Origin: Isorropodon fossajaponicum endosymbiont JTNG4
Lineage (GTDB): Bacteria > Pseudomonadota > Gammaproteobacteria > PS1 > Pseudothioglobaceae
Assembly (NCBI RefSeq): GCF_016592615.1
Contig: NZ_AP013043.1
Coordinates: forward strand, 1,080,001 to 1,112,000
Reading direction: 5' to 3'
Length of the DNA: 32,000 nucleotides
Below, piece by piece: positions 19,438 to 29,286 of this stretch; position 1 is the stretch's first letter; each line of letters begins with the position of its first letter. Both the position numbers and the translations under genes were made by a program. The notes below the pieces were generated by a model, which had not been told where the DNA came from, did no database searches, and was given only the letters and a program-made list of their open reading frames with translations.

Positions 19438-20075
19438 AGTCCTAATAGGGCTTTCTCAACTTGGCTTTCAAACACTGCTAAATCATCTTGATTAAACACA
19501 TTGATATCAATATCCGTATACTGAGCGATTGCTTGTGCATTTTTTAACAAATTAGGCTGAATTTGATTCAACATCAACATACTTATATTAAGCCCACAAC
19601 GCTGAGCTGCGTTAATACTAAGCAATGCTTGATTAACTGCACCTAGCTCATCTTTGACCACCAGCACCACTGGCATATCAAGTGCTTGAATTAAATCACT
19701 GTTTAATGCTTGTGTCGCTATTGGAGAAAGCAACCCGCCAGTCCCTTCAACAATAACAAACTCATCTGCCATACAAGCATCAACCAAATCATCTAAGATA
19801 AGTTTTAATCCCAGGGCTTGGCTTGCCATTTGCGCACTACTACACGCCTCAAACTTATATCGGCACACCTTGTCGATTGGCTCATTAGTATTACAAGCCT
19901 TGGATAATAACAAGGCATCCTTTGGTATTAACCGCCCATTTTTATTTTCACAATCGCTTTCAACTGGCTTTCTAACACTCACTTTTCGAGTATTTGCTAA
20001 TAACCTAATCAAATGTTGGGCAATAAATGTTTTACCAACATTGGTACCACTACCACTAATGAATAATCCTTTCAT
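19434..20075 (-). CDS. bioD: dethiobiotin synthase
   Basis: Start taken at MKGLFISGSGTNVGKTF (P-loop). KPVESD and VIVEGTGGLLSP motifs are present. The ORF-track start at 20120 would overlap pyrD. Confidence 0.8.
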   Translation of the reverse strand: MKGLFISGSGTNVGKTFIAQHLIRLLANTRKVSVRKPVESDCENKNGRLIPKDALLLSKACNTNEPIDKVCRYKFEACSSAQMASQALGLKLILDDLVDACMADEFVIVEGTGGLLSPIATQALNSDLIQALDMPVVLVVKDELGAVNQALLSINAAQRCGLNISMLMLNQIQPNLLKNAQAIAQYTDIDINVFNQDDLAVFESQVEKALLGL

Positions 20076-20114
20076 GAATAATAATTTTAACAGCAAAAAT
20101 GTATAATACCACCC

Positions 20115-21089
20115 ATGCATAATAACTTAAAAACCCTGTTCTGCGGGCTTTCACTAAACTCACCCATTGTTCTTTTATCAGGCTGTGTTGGCTTTGGTGA
20201 AGAATATACACGGATTAATGGATTTTCTAACGCCGATGTGGGTGCTGTGTGTCTTAAAGGTACAACTCTAGAGCCACACCTTGGCAATATCCCTCATCGA
20301 GTATGTGAAACGCCTAGCGGTATGATTAACGCCATTGGGCTGCAAAATCCGGGAACGGATGCTGTGATTAATGATATTATACCGAATTTAGATAAAACTG
20401 AAACGCGTTTTATTATTAATATCTCTGGTTCATCCGTTGAAGAATATGGCGAAATTACTAAGCGTTTTGATGACACAGATATTGACGCAATTGAAATTAA
20501 CATTTCCTGTCCAAATGTTAAAGAAGGTGGCGTGGCATTTGGTAATAATCCAAATATGTCGTATCGAGTGGTTGATATTTGTCGGAAAAATACCTCAAAG
20601 CCAATCATCACTAAATTATCACCCAACCAAACTGACATTGCCTTTAGTGCTCAACGCTGTATTGATGCAGGTACTGATGGTTTAGCAGTGATTAACACAC
20701 TCATGGGTATGGGCATTGATACTAAAACCAAAAAACCAATCATTGGCAACAATCAAGGCGGTCTATCTGGCCCTGCTATTAAACCAATCGCTTTGTTAAA
20801 AGTACATCAAGTTTATCAAATCAGTAAACATCACAATGTACCCATCATTGGTCAGGGTGGCATTACCACTGCTAATGATGCAATAGAATTCATCATTGCA
20901 GGTGCAGCCACTGTTGGCATAGGTACAGCACTATTTTATGACCCATTAGTGTGTCATAAAATCAATGACGGTATTAGTGAATATTTAAATAAAAACAACC
21001 TAGATAGTATTGGTGATTTAGTAGGCACATTAAAGCTCAATTCTGCCATATCAGCCTGTAATACTGACACCAACAAAAATACCCTATGA
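20115..21089 (+). CDS. pyrD: dihydroorotate dehydrogenase, class 1 (Cys active-site base), catalytic subunit
   Basis: [37 protein letters not shown] (Cys base), [13 protein letters not shown]. Stop TGA overlaps the leuS ATG (ATGA). Confidence 0.88.
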   Translation: MHNNLKTLFCGLSLNSPIVLLSGCVGFGEEYTRINGFSNADVGAVCLKGTTLEPHLGNIPHRVCETPSGMINAIGLQNPGTDAVINDIIPNLDKTETRFIINISGSSVEEYGEITKRFDDTDIDAIEINISCPNVKEGGVAFGNNPNMSYRVVDICRKNTSKPIITKLSPNQTDIAFSAQRCIDAGTDGLAVINTLMGMGIDTKTKKPIIGNNQGGLSGPAIKPIALLKVHQVYQISKHHNVPIIGQGGITTANDAIEFIIAGAATVGIGTALFYDPLVCHKINDGISEYLNKNNLDSIGDLVGTLKLNSAISACNTDTNKNTL

Positions 21090-23536
21090 ACTCAGAATAT
21101 AATGCTCAACAAATTGAGGCGCAAGCGCAAAAATATTGGCAAGAAAATAAATCTTTTGAAGTCAGCGAAGACACGTCAAAGGAAAAATATTACTGCTTGA
21201 GTATGTTTCCCTATCCGTCTGGGCGCTTGCATATGGGGCATGTGCGTAATTATAGTATTGGCGATGTGATTTCTCGCTATCAAAAAATGCAGGGTAAAAA
21301 TGTCATGCAGCCTATTGGCTGGGATGGGTTTGGTCTGCCAGCTGAAAATACTGCATTAAAGCACAAAGTCCCACCAGCCAAGTGGACTTATGAAAATATC
21401 GATTATATGAAAGAACAGTTAAGCCAACTGGGTTTTGGCTATGATTGGTCACGCGAAATTGCCACTTGTCACCCAAAATATTATCGCTGGGAGCAATGGC
21501 TGTTCATTAAGTTATTTGAAAAAGGCTTGGTGTATAAGAAAAATGCCATTGTCAATTGGGATCCTGTTGATCAAACCGTATTGGCAAATGAGCAAGTGAT
21601 TGATGGGCGCGGATGGCGTTCTGATGCACTGATTGAGAAAAAAGAAATCTCACAATGGTTTATGCGCATCACCGATTATGCCGATGAATTACTCAGCGGC
21701 TTAGATAAACTCGATGGTTGGCCAGACGCGGTCAAAACCATGCAAAAAAATTGGATTGGTAAATCTGTTGGTCTAGAGGTTGATTTTCCTAGGCGCAATG
21801 CCAATTCACTTAGGGTTTACACTACTCGTCCAGACACACTCATGGGTGTTACCTACCTAGCCATTGCCAGTGAACACCCTCTTGCACTGGAGGCGGGTAA
21901 AAACAACCCGCAAGTACAAGCTTTTATTGACGAGTGCAAAACCCTACAAACCACCGAAGCAGCAATGGAAACCATGGACAAAAAGGGTATTGATTCGGGG
22001 CTAAAATGCACGCATCCAATCACCAATGATGACGTGCCTATTTGGATTGCTAATTTTGTCTTAATGGGCTACGGCACAGGCGCAATTATGAGTGTGCCTG
22101 CACACGATGAGCGGGATTATGAATTTGCTAAAAAATATGGCATTGCCATCAAACAAGTCATTAGTGAAAATGTAAGTATTGATGAAAACGCCATGACCGA
22201 CAAAGGCCTGTTGTTTAACTCAGGCGAATTTAACGGCATGGGCTTTGACCAAGCCTTTAATGGCATTGCCAAAAACTTAGCAGACAAAAACTTAGGCAGC
22301 AAAAAAACCAACTACCGCCTACGGGACTGGGGCGTATCACGCCAACGCTATTGGGGCTGTCCAATCCCCATCATTAATTGCCCAAGTTGCGGCGCAGTGG
22401 CAGTGCCTGAAGCCAACTTGCCCGTTATCTTGCCTGAGAAAGTGAGTTTTGATGGTGTTAGCTCTCCGATTAAAAAAATGCCCGAATTTTATCAAACCAC
22501 TTGCCCGAAATGTGGCGAGGCAGCAGAGCGAGAAACCGATACTTTTGATACTTTCTTTGAATCATCTTGGTATTTTGCCCGCTACACTTGCAAAGATAAT
22601 AACGACAAAATGCTAGATGAGCGCGCCAACTATTGGCTGGCCAATGGCGGTGTAGACCAATATATTGGCGGTATTGAACATGCGATTCTACATTTACTCT
22701 ACGCTCGATTTTTTAATAAATTATTGCGTGATGAAGGTTTTATTAAGAACGATGAACCTTTTAAAAATTTACTCACCCAAGGCATGGTGCTTAAAGATGG
22801 CGCTAAGATGAGTAAGTCCAAAGGCAATACCGTTGACCCTGCACAAATGATTGAAAAATATGGCGCTGATACAGTGCGCCTATTCATCTTGTTTGCCGCA
22901 CCACCAACCCAAGACCTAGAATGGAACGATTCAGGGCTAGAAGGTGCATATCGCTTTATTAATAAAGTTTACCGCTTGGTTAGTGGTTTTATAAAAGACA
23001 AGGAAAACAACACTATCGGTTCTTTAGACAACCTTGATAAAACCCAAAAAGGCATACGCTTTAAGACTCATCAAACACTTAATAAAATTACTAATGATAT
23101 GAGTCGCAGGTATTTATTTAATACCGTTATTGCTGCACTCATGGAACTGTGCAACACCTTATCCAAATTTAAGGATACCAGCGAAACTTCTATGGTGCTC
23201 CGCCAAGAATCTATCCACATTCTACTTAAAACCTTAAGCCCAATTGCGCCACATTTATGCCACTACTTATGGCAAAAATTAGGCAACACAAAAGCAATTA
23301 TCAATGAACCATGGCCAAATGTTGATCAATCAGCACTGGTTCAAGACGAAGTGCAAATCATCGTTCAAGTCAACGGCAAACTACGTGCCAAATTAATACT
23401 CAGTTCTGATGCCGATAAAGCACAAGTTGAAGCGCAAGCATTGGCAGATGAAAATATTACCAAATTCACCAAAGATAAAACTATCATCAAAATGATTGTT
23501 GTGCCGAATAAATTAATTAATATTGTTGTTAAATAG
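21086..23536 (+). CDS. leuS: leucine--tRNA ligase
   Basis: 816 aa with HMGH and KMSKS class I signatures and a CP1 editing domain. Confidence 0.98.
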   Translation: MNSEYNAQQIEAQAQKYWQENKSFEVSEDTSKEKYYCLSMFPYPSGRLHMGHVRNYSIGDVISRYQKMQGKNVMQPIGWDGFGLPAENTALKHKVPPAKWTYENIDYMKEQLSQLGFGYDWSREIATCHPKYYRWEQWLFIKLFEKGLVYKKNAIVNWDPVDQTVLANEQVIDGRGWRSDALIEKKEISQWFMRITDYADELLSGLDKLDGWPDAVKTMQKNWIGKSVGLEVDFPRRNANSLRVYTTRPDTLMGVTYLAIASEHPLALEAGKNNPQVQAFIDECKTLQTTEAAMETMDKKGIDSGLKCTHPITNDDVPIWIANFVLMGYGTGAIMSVPAHDERDYEFAKKYGIAIKQVISENVSIDENAMTDKGLLFNSGEFNGMGFDQAFNGIAKNLADKNLGSKKTNYRLRDWGVSRQRYWGCPIPIINCPSCGAVAVPEANLPVILPEKVSFDGVSSPIKKMPEFYQTTCPKCGEAAERETDTFDTFFESSWYFARYTCKDNNDKMLDERANYWLANGGVDQYIGGIEHAILHLLYARFFNKLLRDEGFIKNDEPFKNLLTQGMVLKDGAKMSKSKGNTVDPAQMIEKYGADTVRLFILFAAPPTQDLEWNDSGLEGAYRFINKVYRLVSGFIKDKENNTIGSLDNLDKTQKGIRFKTHQTLNKITNDMSRRYLFNTVIAALMELCNTLSKFKDTSETSMVLRQESIHILLKTLSPIAPHLCHYLWQKLGNTKAIINEPWPNVDQSALVQDEVQIIVQVNGKLRAKLILSSDADKAQVEAQALADENITKFTKDKTIIKMIVVPNKLINIVVK

Positions 23537-23634
23537 TTAATTGTGATGGGTAACTTCTTGTAATTGATTTTTAATAAAGCTAAGACCAATCCAAGGTACT
23601 GCAATAAACAGATAAATATGAAACGTTGTATTTT

Positions 23635-23997
23635 TTATTGCAAATAAATTCCAACTTGCATGTAGCCCCTACCCAGAAACAACGCAAATAAAAAATACGA
23701 AAAACTTTTTTCTTTAGTCAGCCAAGCGCCTAAGGCACTACCCCATATTGCAGAAAATACCATATGGGCTGGATTCGCCCTTATAAACAAAATTTCACTA
23801 TATTTCAAAAAAAAATAAACATTTTCAATCATCGAAAAACCTAAAGTACATAACACCACATAAAATAAAGTTAATTTCTTTGAAATCAATTGTCTACTAA
23901 GTAGTGCCATAACCGCTAAAAGTTTTGCCAACTCTCCAACAGGGCCCGCAATTACTCCTGTATTGTTTACTAATGGCACCAATGAATGACGTGGCAC
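23635..23997 (-). pseudogene. PrsW-like intramembrane protease fragment (N-terminally truncated)
   Basis: GPVGELAKLL, GFSMIENVYFF and HMVFSAIWGSALG resemble the conserved E-E-x-x-K, ..EN.. and H-containing TM motifs of PrsW-family proteases. Only about 120 aa are present. The 5' end abuts an IS remnant, and an in-frame TAA separates a further hydrophobic stretch. Confidence 0.4.
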
Positions 23998-24083
23998 TAC
24001 TTCTTTAATTTGTTAATGTAATACCCCAAAAAACCACCATTCTAAAGTAGAAAATTCTATAATAAAAAATAAGGAGTTTTCAC

Positions 24084-24925
24084 ATGAAAAAATCAAGATA
24101 TACAGAGTCATAAATAGTCAACATACTCAAACAAAACCAATCAGGCATATCTGTGGCTGATCTATGCCGTGAATACGCAATGTCTCAAGCCACATTTTAC
24201 AAATGGAGATCTAAATACGGTGATACAGATTTTGTCTCTATGGTTAAACGCTTAAAAGAGCTAGAATCAGAAAATGCTCAATTCAAGCGTATGTATGCTG
24301 AGAGTGAGTTGAAACTGCAAATTACAAAGGATGCCTTAGCAAAAAAGTTCTAAAGCCATCCCAGTGGCGTGAGGATGGCTTTAAACATCAATGAACAAAA
24401 TAAGAACACAAGTATCAAACTTATTTACGAAGTTTGTAGCATTAGTAAAAGCACTTATTATTATCAACCAAAACTCAGTGATGACAATGCTTTAATTGCC
24501 GATTGTCTACTGCGCTTAACCGCAACGCACAAGCGTTGGGGTTTTAAACTGTGCTATTTATATCTACGTAATGTTAAAGACTACAAATTTAACCATAAAC
24601 GAGTGTATCGCATTTACCAAGAACTGGAGCTCAATCTAAGAATCAAGCCAAGAAGAAGAATCAAAAGAGATAAACCCGAAGCACTGAGTGTGCCAACAAC
24701 TATTAACCAAACTTGGTCAATGGATTTTATGTCAGACTCACTCACTGATGGCAGGCACATTAGAACTTTTAATGTTGTCGATGATTACAATCGGGAAGGC
24801 TTGAATATTGATGTGGACTTGTCCATGCCAGCAAGACGAGTTATTCAATCATTAGAACGTTTGATTCAGTGGCGGATCTTCACAATGAAGGCATGATTTA
24901 GGGAAATGTAGGGTTTCGGTGAGTG
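24084..24925 (+). mobile_element. remnant of a second IS3-family element (IS407/IS2-like), nonsense-mutated orfA, frameshifted and 3'-truncated orfB
   Basis: orfA reads MKKSRYTES*IVNILKQNQSGISVADLCREYAMSQATFYKWRSKYG..., with TAA at 24111-24113. Slippery A_AAA_AAG at 24341-24347. orfB (24369..24896) has ...NHKRVYRIYQELELNLRIKPRRR...NQTWSMDFMSDSLTDGRHIRTFNVVDDYNREGL... and ends at LERLIQWR, before the second and third catalytic acidic residues. It is followed at 24926 by the other IS. Confidence 0.75.
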
Positions 24926-24954
24926 TGCAATGCTCTAACCTACTTGGACACATT

Positions 24955-25683
24955 TCAAGCCGCTTTTTTCAATTCAGCCATCTTTTGAGCAGGTGTTAAA
25001 TACCCAATCGCTGAATGAATCCTTTTGTAATTATACAAGTAGATATAACCCTCTACATTTTGCACGACTTCACTATGATTTGCAAAACTTTGATAATTTA
25101 ATCTCTCAGTCTTCAGACTTCTAAAGAAACGCTCCATGACCGCATTATCCCAACAATTACCTCGCCTGCTCATGCTTTGAGTAATGTTGTTCTTGTTGCA
25201 ATAATCAATAAAAACTTTAGAAGAGTATTGAGTCCCTTGATCAGAGTGAAACATGTGTTTATTTGTATTGGGCTGGTGTCTAGACACAGCATTACTAAGC
25301 GCATCCTTTGCCAACTGAGCATTAGGCTGTTTTGACAATGCCCAACCAACAACTTGTCTTGAGCCTAAATCCAACACACTGGCTAAATAACTCCCACCTT
25401 GATAGGTTTTGATATAGGTAATATCACCAACCCAATGCGTATTAATTGATTGCTGCTCAAACACACGATTTAATAGGTTTTTTGCCTTTTTAAACATCAA
25501 TCTAGTATTAGGGTAATAATGACGCTTTCTTGGGCGTATGGCAACTACATTGGCTTTTTTCATTAGCGTTGCAGTTTGGTAAATACCAATGTTATAACCT
25601 TGGTTATTCAAAACTACTCGCATTCTGCGTTTGCCATAGGTGTATCCAACTTCAATAGCAGTTTGTTTGATTAATTTAATCAT
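24955..25683 (-). CDS. IS3-family OrfB DDE domain (uninterrupted here from the internal ATG; upstream -1 frame still carries TGA at 25761-25759)
   Basis: 242 aa with [28 protein letters not shown]. Identical to copy 1 apart from the frameshift. Confidence 0.8.
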   Translation of the reverse strand: MIKLIKQTAIEVGYTYGKRRMRVVLNNQGYNIGIYQTATLMKKANVVAIRPRKRHYYPNTRLMFKKAKNLLNRVFEQQSINTHWVGDITYIKTYQGGSYLASVLDLGSRQVVGWALSKQPNAQLAKDALSNAVSRHQPNTNKHMFHSDQGTQYSSKVFIDYCNKNNITQSMSRRGNCWDNAVMERFFRSLKTERLNYQSFANHSEVVQNVEGYIYLYNYKRIHSAIGYLTPAQKMAELKKAA

Positions 25684-25808
25684 AGCGTTGGTGTTGTTGT
25701 TTACTCGCTTATCTTTGACTTGATAGTAATAACTACTGTGAGGAAGTTTGAGTAATGCTCATAATTCTTTAGTATTGTATTGTTGGCAAGCCTTGTTTAT
25801 CTTGATAA

Positions 25809-26072
25809 TCATATCACTTGGTGATTGTCCACAGCGAACAAGGCTGTTGCCTTTTTTAAGATTTCATTGTCCCTTTGTGCGCGCCAAAGTTGTTTCTCAA
25901 GCAGTTGTATTGTTTGTTGTTCAGAAGTCAGCGCTTTGCCTGACTCTGGTGTTTGTCCACCAAGCTCTGCTAGGTATTGTTTTCTCCATCTGCTAACTGC
26001 TGAGGAGCAAGCTCCTGATATTATCATGATTTTTTTTATTGGTGTAATTCTCATGCACCATGAGTTTGGCAT
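25809..26072 (-). CDS. IS3-family OrfA (as in copy 1)
   Basis: 87-aa translation identical to 8686..8949. Confidence 0.7.
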   Translation of the reverse strand: MPNSWCMRITPIKKIMIISGACSSAVSRWRKQYLAELGGQTPESGKALTSEQQTIQLLEKQLWRAQRDNEILKKATALFAVDNHQVI

Positions 26073-26364
26073 AATCTAGTGTTCCCCCCCTCAAGGGGGT
26101 ATTGAACAGAATGTTCAACGGTAAAAGTCACTCGTTGTTTTCTTGATTTATATTGTGTCATTACTGACCTCCTTATGGTTTGTATTATAAGGCTATCTTT
26201 GTGTCCAATAAAATTAGACTATTGCAGTATGGTATGTGCTATTTCAGGTTGTTGTGGGTAATTCGCTAACTTTAGAGACTCGTGAGGTGTTCTATACTCC
26301 AGCTCATTATACGGGTTTGTGGGATATGCGATTAAATCTTAGGAAATCTGAGAGTTTAATTACT

Positions 26365-26454
26365 AAACAACAGAAACAACAGAAACAACAGAAACAACAG
26401 AAACAACAGAAACAACAGAAACAACAGAAACAACAGAAACAACAGAAACAACAG
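26365..26454. repeat. perfect 9-bp tandem repeat (AAACAACAG) x10
   Basis: Ten uninterrupted units at 26365-26454, then degenerate AACAAGCAAC. Lies 139 bp from the IS end and about 100-140 bp upstream of rnd. Confidence 0.97.
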
Positions 26455-26590
26455 AACAAGCAACACTCATCGATTATACCATATAGTATTTTTAATACAG
26501 TTAAAAAAAATTTATAATTTAAGATTAATCACATAAAAACCAATTTATAATTTGGCAAATGAGTGGCTTTGTCAGTATAAAATACAACAA

Positions 26591-27637
26591 ATGATTCAAA
26601 CACAAACACAACTAAGTCAGTTTCTAGATTTAATAAAACATGAAACCGAACTGGCCATTGACACTGAATTTAAGCGTGTCAATACTTACTATCCAGTATT
26701 ATGCTTGGTACAAATAGCCACTAAAAGCGCAACTGACTGTATCGATATCTTAGCAATTGAAGATTTAAACCCACTGTTTGAAAAACTTTACCAAAAAGAC
26801 TGCTTATGGATTGTACACTCAGCACGCCAAGACATTGAGGCCATGTACTATTTGTCCAAACAACTCCCTAAATGTTTGTTTGACACTCAAATTGCAGCTA
26901 GCTTACTTGGCCATCCTATGCAAATTTCTTATCAAGCACTGACTCAAATCTTGCAAAATGTCTATTTAGAAAAAGCTTATACCCGCCTAGACTGGACCAC
27001 ACGTCCATTGCCAGATGAGGCACTTGAGTATGCGTTAGATGATGTACGATATTTACTTAAAAATTTCTACCAACTTGAGAGCCAATTAAAAACTGAGCAT
27101 AAATCACATTGGATTGAACAAGAGGGTCAATTATTATTAGACATCAAACTTTATAATCCTGATATCAAAAACGCATGGAAAAACGTCAAAGGATTTTCAC
27201 GCTTAGCCAAAAACACACGTTGTCTTATCGCACAATTAGCCGCGTTTAGAGAACATCAAGCGATTCATAAGAACAAACCTAGAAAATGGATAATGAGTGA
27301 TGATAAATTAATCAACTATGTGCTCAAAAAAGAATCATTACCCTTTGGTATAAAAACTGTATTTAATGAATTTTTAGTTAGTAATGAACAGCTGAATAAG
27401 GCTGAAATTATTATTAATAATAAGCATACACTACCAACAAAAACCGAAAAAGCAAAGAAAAATGAATTACAAAAACTGATAAAAAATATAGCAAATCAGT
27501 ATAATCTAGACGATAAAATCATTGCCAACGGCAAATCATTATTGAGTTTTATTCGTGGTGACCGCTCAGTTATTTTCTTAACAGGTTGGCGCTTTAATCT
27601 TTTAAAAGAGGAATTAGAAAAATGCAAAATAGTTTAA
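26591..27637 (+). CDS. rnd: ribonuclease D
   Basis: DEDDy exonuclease motifs [14 protein letters not shown] and YALDDVRYL, plus an HRDC-like C-terminal region. ATG at 26591 is preferred over the TTG at 26552. Confidence 0.88.
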   Translation: MIQTQTQLSQFLDLIKHETELAIDTEFKRVNTYYPVLCLVQIATKSATDCIDILAIEDLNPLFEKLYQKDCLWIVHSARQDIEAMYYLSKQLPKCLFDTQIAASLLGHPMQISYQALTQILQNVYLEKAYTRLDWTTRPLPDEALEYALDDVRYLLKNFYQLESQLKTEHKSHWIEQEGQLLLDIKLYNPDIKNAWKNVKGFSRLAKNTRCLIAQLAAFREHQAIHKNKPRKWIMSDDKLINYVLKKESLPFGIKTVFNEFLVSNEQLNKAEIIINNKHTLPTKTEKAKKNELQKLIKNIANQYNLDDKIIANGKSLLSFIRGDRSVIFLTGWRFNLLKEELEKCKIV

Positions 27638-28152
27638 AACCAGTCTCAGCAGGCAATATTCCTGACGAAATTAACGTTATTATTGAAATTCCAGCAAATT
27701 CATCACCCATTAAATATGAAATTGACAAGAAAACAGGCGCCATGTTTGTAGATCGCTTTATCTCAACGCCTATGTTTTATCCTTGCAATTACGGTTTTGT
27801 ACCAGAAACACTAGCAGATGATGGTGATCCAGCCGATGTCTTGGTGATTACGCCTTATCCACTAATCCATGATAGCGTTATTATAGTACGCCCAATTGGT
27901 GTTTTACGCATGACTGATGAAGCAGGAAAGGATTCAAAAATCTTAGCCGTACCTATTGATAAATTATGCAGATCTTATCATGATATCAAATGCATTGATG
28001 ATGTCGGTATTACTCTTAAAAATCAAATCGAACACTTCTTTACTTACTACAAGGACCTTGAAGAAGGCAAATGGGTGAAAATTGATGGCTGGGGTGATTC
28101 TATTGAAGCCAAAAAAGAACTTCAAGACTCTTTTGACGCCTATCATCAATAA
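27622..28152 (+). CDS. ppa: inorganic pyrophosphatase (family I)
   Basis: 176 aa with [29 protein letters not shown] and KILAVP. Overlaps the rnd 3' end by 16 nt. Confidence 0.95.
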   Translation: MQNSLKPVSAGNIPDEINVIIEIPANSSPIKYEIDKKTGAMFVDRFISTPMFYPCNYGFVPETLADDGDPADVLVITPYPLIHDSVIIVRPIGVLRMTDEAGKDSKILAVPIDKLCRSYHDIKCIDDVGITLKNQIEHFFTYYKDLEEGKWVKIDGWGDSIEAKKELQDSFDAYHQ

Positions 28153-28165
28153 TTCTTTCCAAGTC

Positions 28166-28711
28166 GTGTCAGGTAAATTTCGGGGCAGAAAATTTAACTT
28201 TCCCGATGTGCCTAGTTTAAGACCTACATCAGGTAAAATCCGAGAAACCTTATTTAACTGGATTCAATTTGAATCACACAACAAAACTTATCTAGATTTG
28301 TTTACTGGTAGTGGAAGTTTAAGTTTTGAAGCACTGTCCCGTGGTGCTGAACAAGTCGTTAGTATTGAAAAAGACGTCAACGCCTATCAAAGTTTAAAAA
28401 AAAATAAAATGCTATTAAAGACAAACAAAATGAGTATTTTTAATCAAGATGCGTTAAATTTCTTATCTGAAAAAAGCACACAAATTTTTGATTTTATTTT
28501 TTTAGACCCGCCTTTTAATAAAAACTATCTACCAAAAACTTTAAAAGCACTCTCAAAAGGTAATTTTATGACTTCAAATACGAAAATCTATATAGAATCT
28601 GAATTTAAAATTTTAAAAAATGAAACGACTGAATGGTTATCAACAAACATTCAAATTAATAAACAAAAACATACAGGGCAGGTGCATTATTGCTTAATAA
28701 CTCTTTTATAA
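28166..28711 (+). CDS. rsmD: 16S rRNA (guanine966-N2)-methyltransferase RsmD
   Basis: SGKFRGRKFNFPDVPSLRPTSGKIRETLFNWI, DLFTGSGSLSFEALSRGA, FLDPPF. The ORF-track start at 28082 lies inside ppa. In-frame GTG at 28166 is proposed; the exact start is uncertain. Confidence 0.8.
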   Translation: MSGKFRGRKFNFPDVPSLRPTSGKIRETLFNWIQFESHNKTYLDLFTGSGSLSFEALSRGAEQVVSIEKDVNAYQSLKKNKMLLKTNKMSIFNQDALNFLSEKSTQIFDFIFLDPPFNKNYLPKTLKALSKGNFMTSNTKIYIESEFKILKNETTEWLSTNIQINKQKHTGQVHYCLITLL

Positions 28712-28730
28712 AACCTTAATAAATCACCTT

Positions 28731-29210
28731 ATGATGAAAAAAATCGCAATTTACCCAGGCTCGTTTGATCCAATCACCAATGGTCATATTGATTTAATCA
28801 AACGCGCCAGTAAATTATTTGATGAAATTATTATTGGCATTACTCAAAATAGTAAAAAAAAGGCTTTTTTAAGTATTGACGATAGAATTAATGCAACCAA
28901 TACTGCACTTAAAGATATTAGCAATATTAAAGTATTAAGCTTTAACACACTATTGGTTGACTTTGCAGCCAAGCAAAACGCACAAGTGATTTTGCGTGGA
29001 CTACGTGCTGTTAGTGACTTTGAGTACGAATTTCAACTCTCAGGTATGAACAAACATCTTAATCCTAACATTGAAACTCTGTTTATGACGCCTGCTGAAC
29101 AGTACGCTAACATCTCTTCTTCCTTGGTAAGAGAAATTCTAATATTAGGGGGTGATATTAGTGTTTTTGTACCTGCATCAGTAGAGGCATTACTCAAACA
29201 GCGCTTATAA
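28731..29210 (+). CDS. coaD: phosphopantetheine adenylyltransferase
   Basis: AIYPGSFDPITNGHIDLI, ILRGLRAVSDFEYE, SSSLVREI. 159 aa. Confidence 0.95.
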   Translation: MMKKIAIYPGSFDPITNGHIDLIKRASKLFDEIIIGITQNSKKKAFLSIDDRINATNTALKDISNIKVLSFNTLLVDFAAKQNAQVILRGLRAVSDFEYEFQLSGMNKHLNPNIETLFMTPAEQYANISSSLVREILILGGDISVFVPASVEALLKQRL

Positions 29211-29226
29211 AATTTTTAGCCTTAAT

Positions 29227-29256
29227 CCTTGAAAAAAAAATGCCCATCCCTATATA
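29227..29256 (+). promoter_or_regulatory. sigma-32 (heat-shock) type promoter of dnaK
   Basis: CCTTGAAA (29227-29234), then a 14-nt spacer after CTTGAA, then CCCTATATA (29248-29256). Consensus is CTTGAA-N13-15-CCCCATnT. SD AAGGAG at 29275-29280. Confidence 0.55.
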
Positions 29257-29286
29257 GGACGTATATTAAATTCTAAGGAGTAAAAA

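Larger units (their letters stand above)
24926..26226 (-). mobile_element. IS3-family insertion sequence, copy 2 (1301 bp), inverted relative to copy 1
   Basis: By eye, the reverse complement is identical to 8533-9833 except for two 1-bp indels: G7 versus G6 in the run upstream of orfA, and no extra G in orfB. Same terminal inverted repeats. No target-site duplication. Confidence 0.9.

Noticed and set aside
23365-23604. 79-aa minus-strand ORF overlapping the 3' end of leuS
   Set aside because: Most of it is antisense to the well-supported leuS coding sequence. Only its first ~20 codons, in frame with the PrsW-like fragment after a TAA, might be a relic of that pseudogene.
26236-26517. 93-aa ORF encoding a (KQQ)x10 low-complexity protein
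   Set aside because: There is no recognisable ribosome-binding site. The ORF starts in IS-flanking junk with a GTG start, and its only notable feature is the 9-bp DNA repeat. It is more parsimoniously a non-coding minisatellite in the rnd upstream region. It cannot be fully excluded without expression data.
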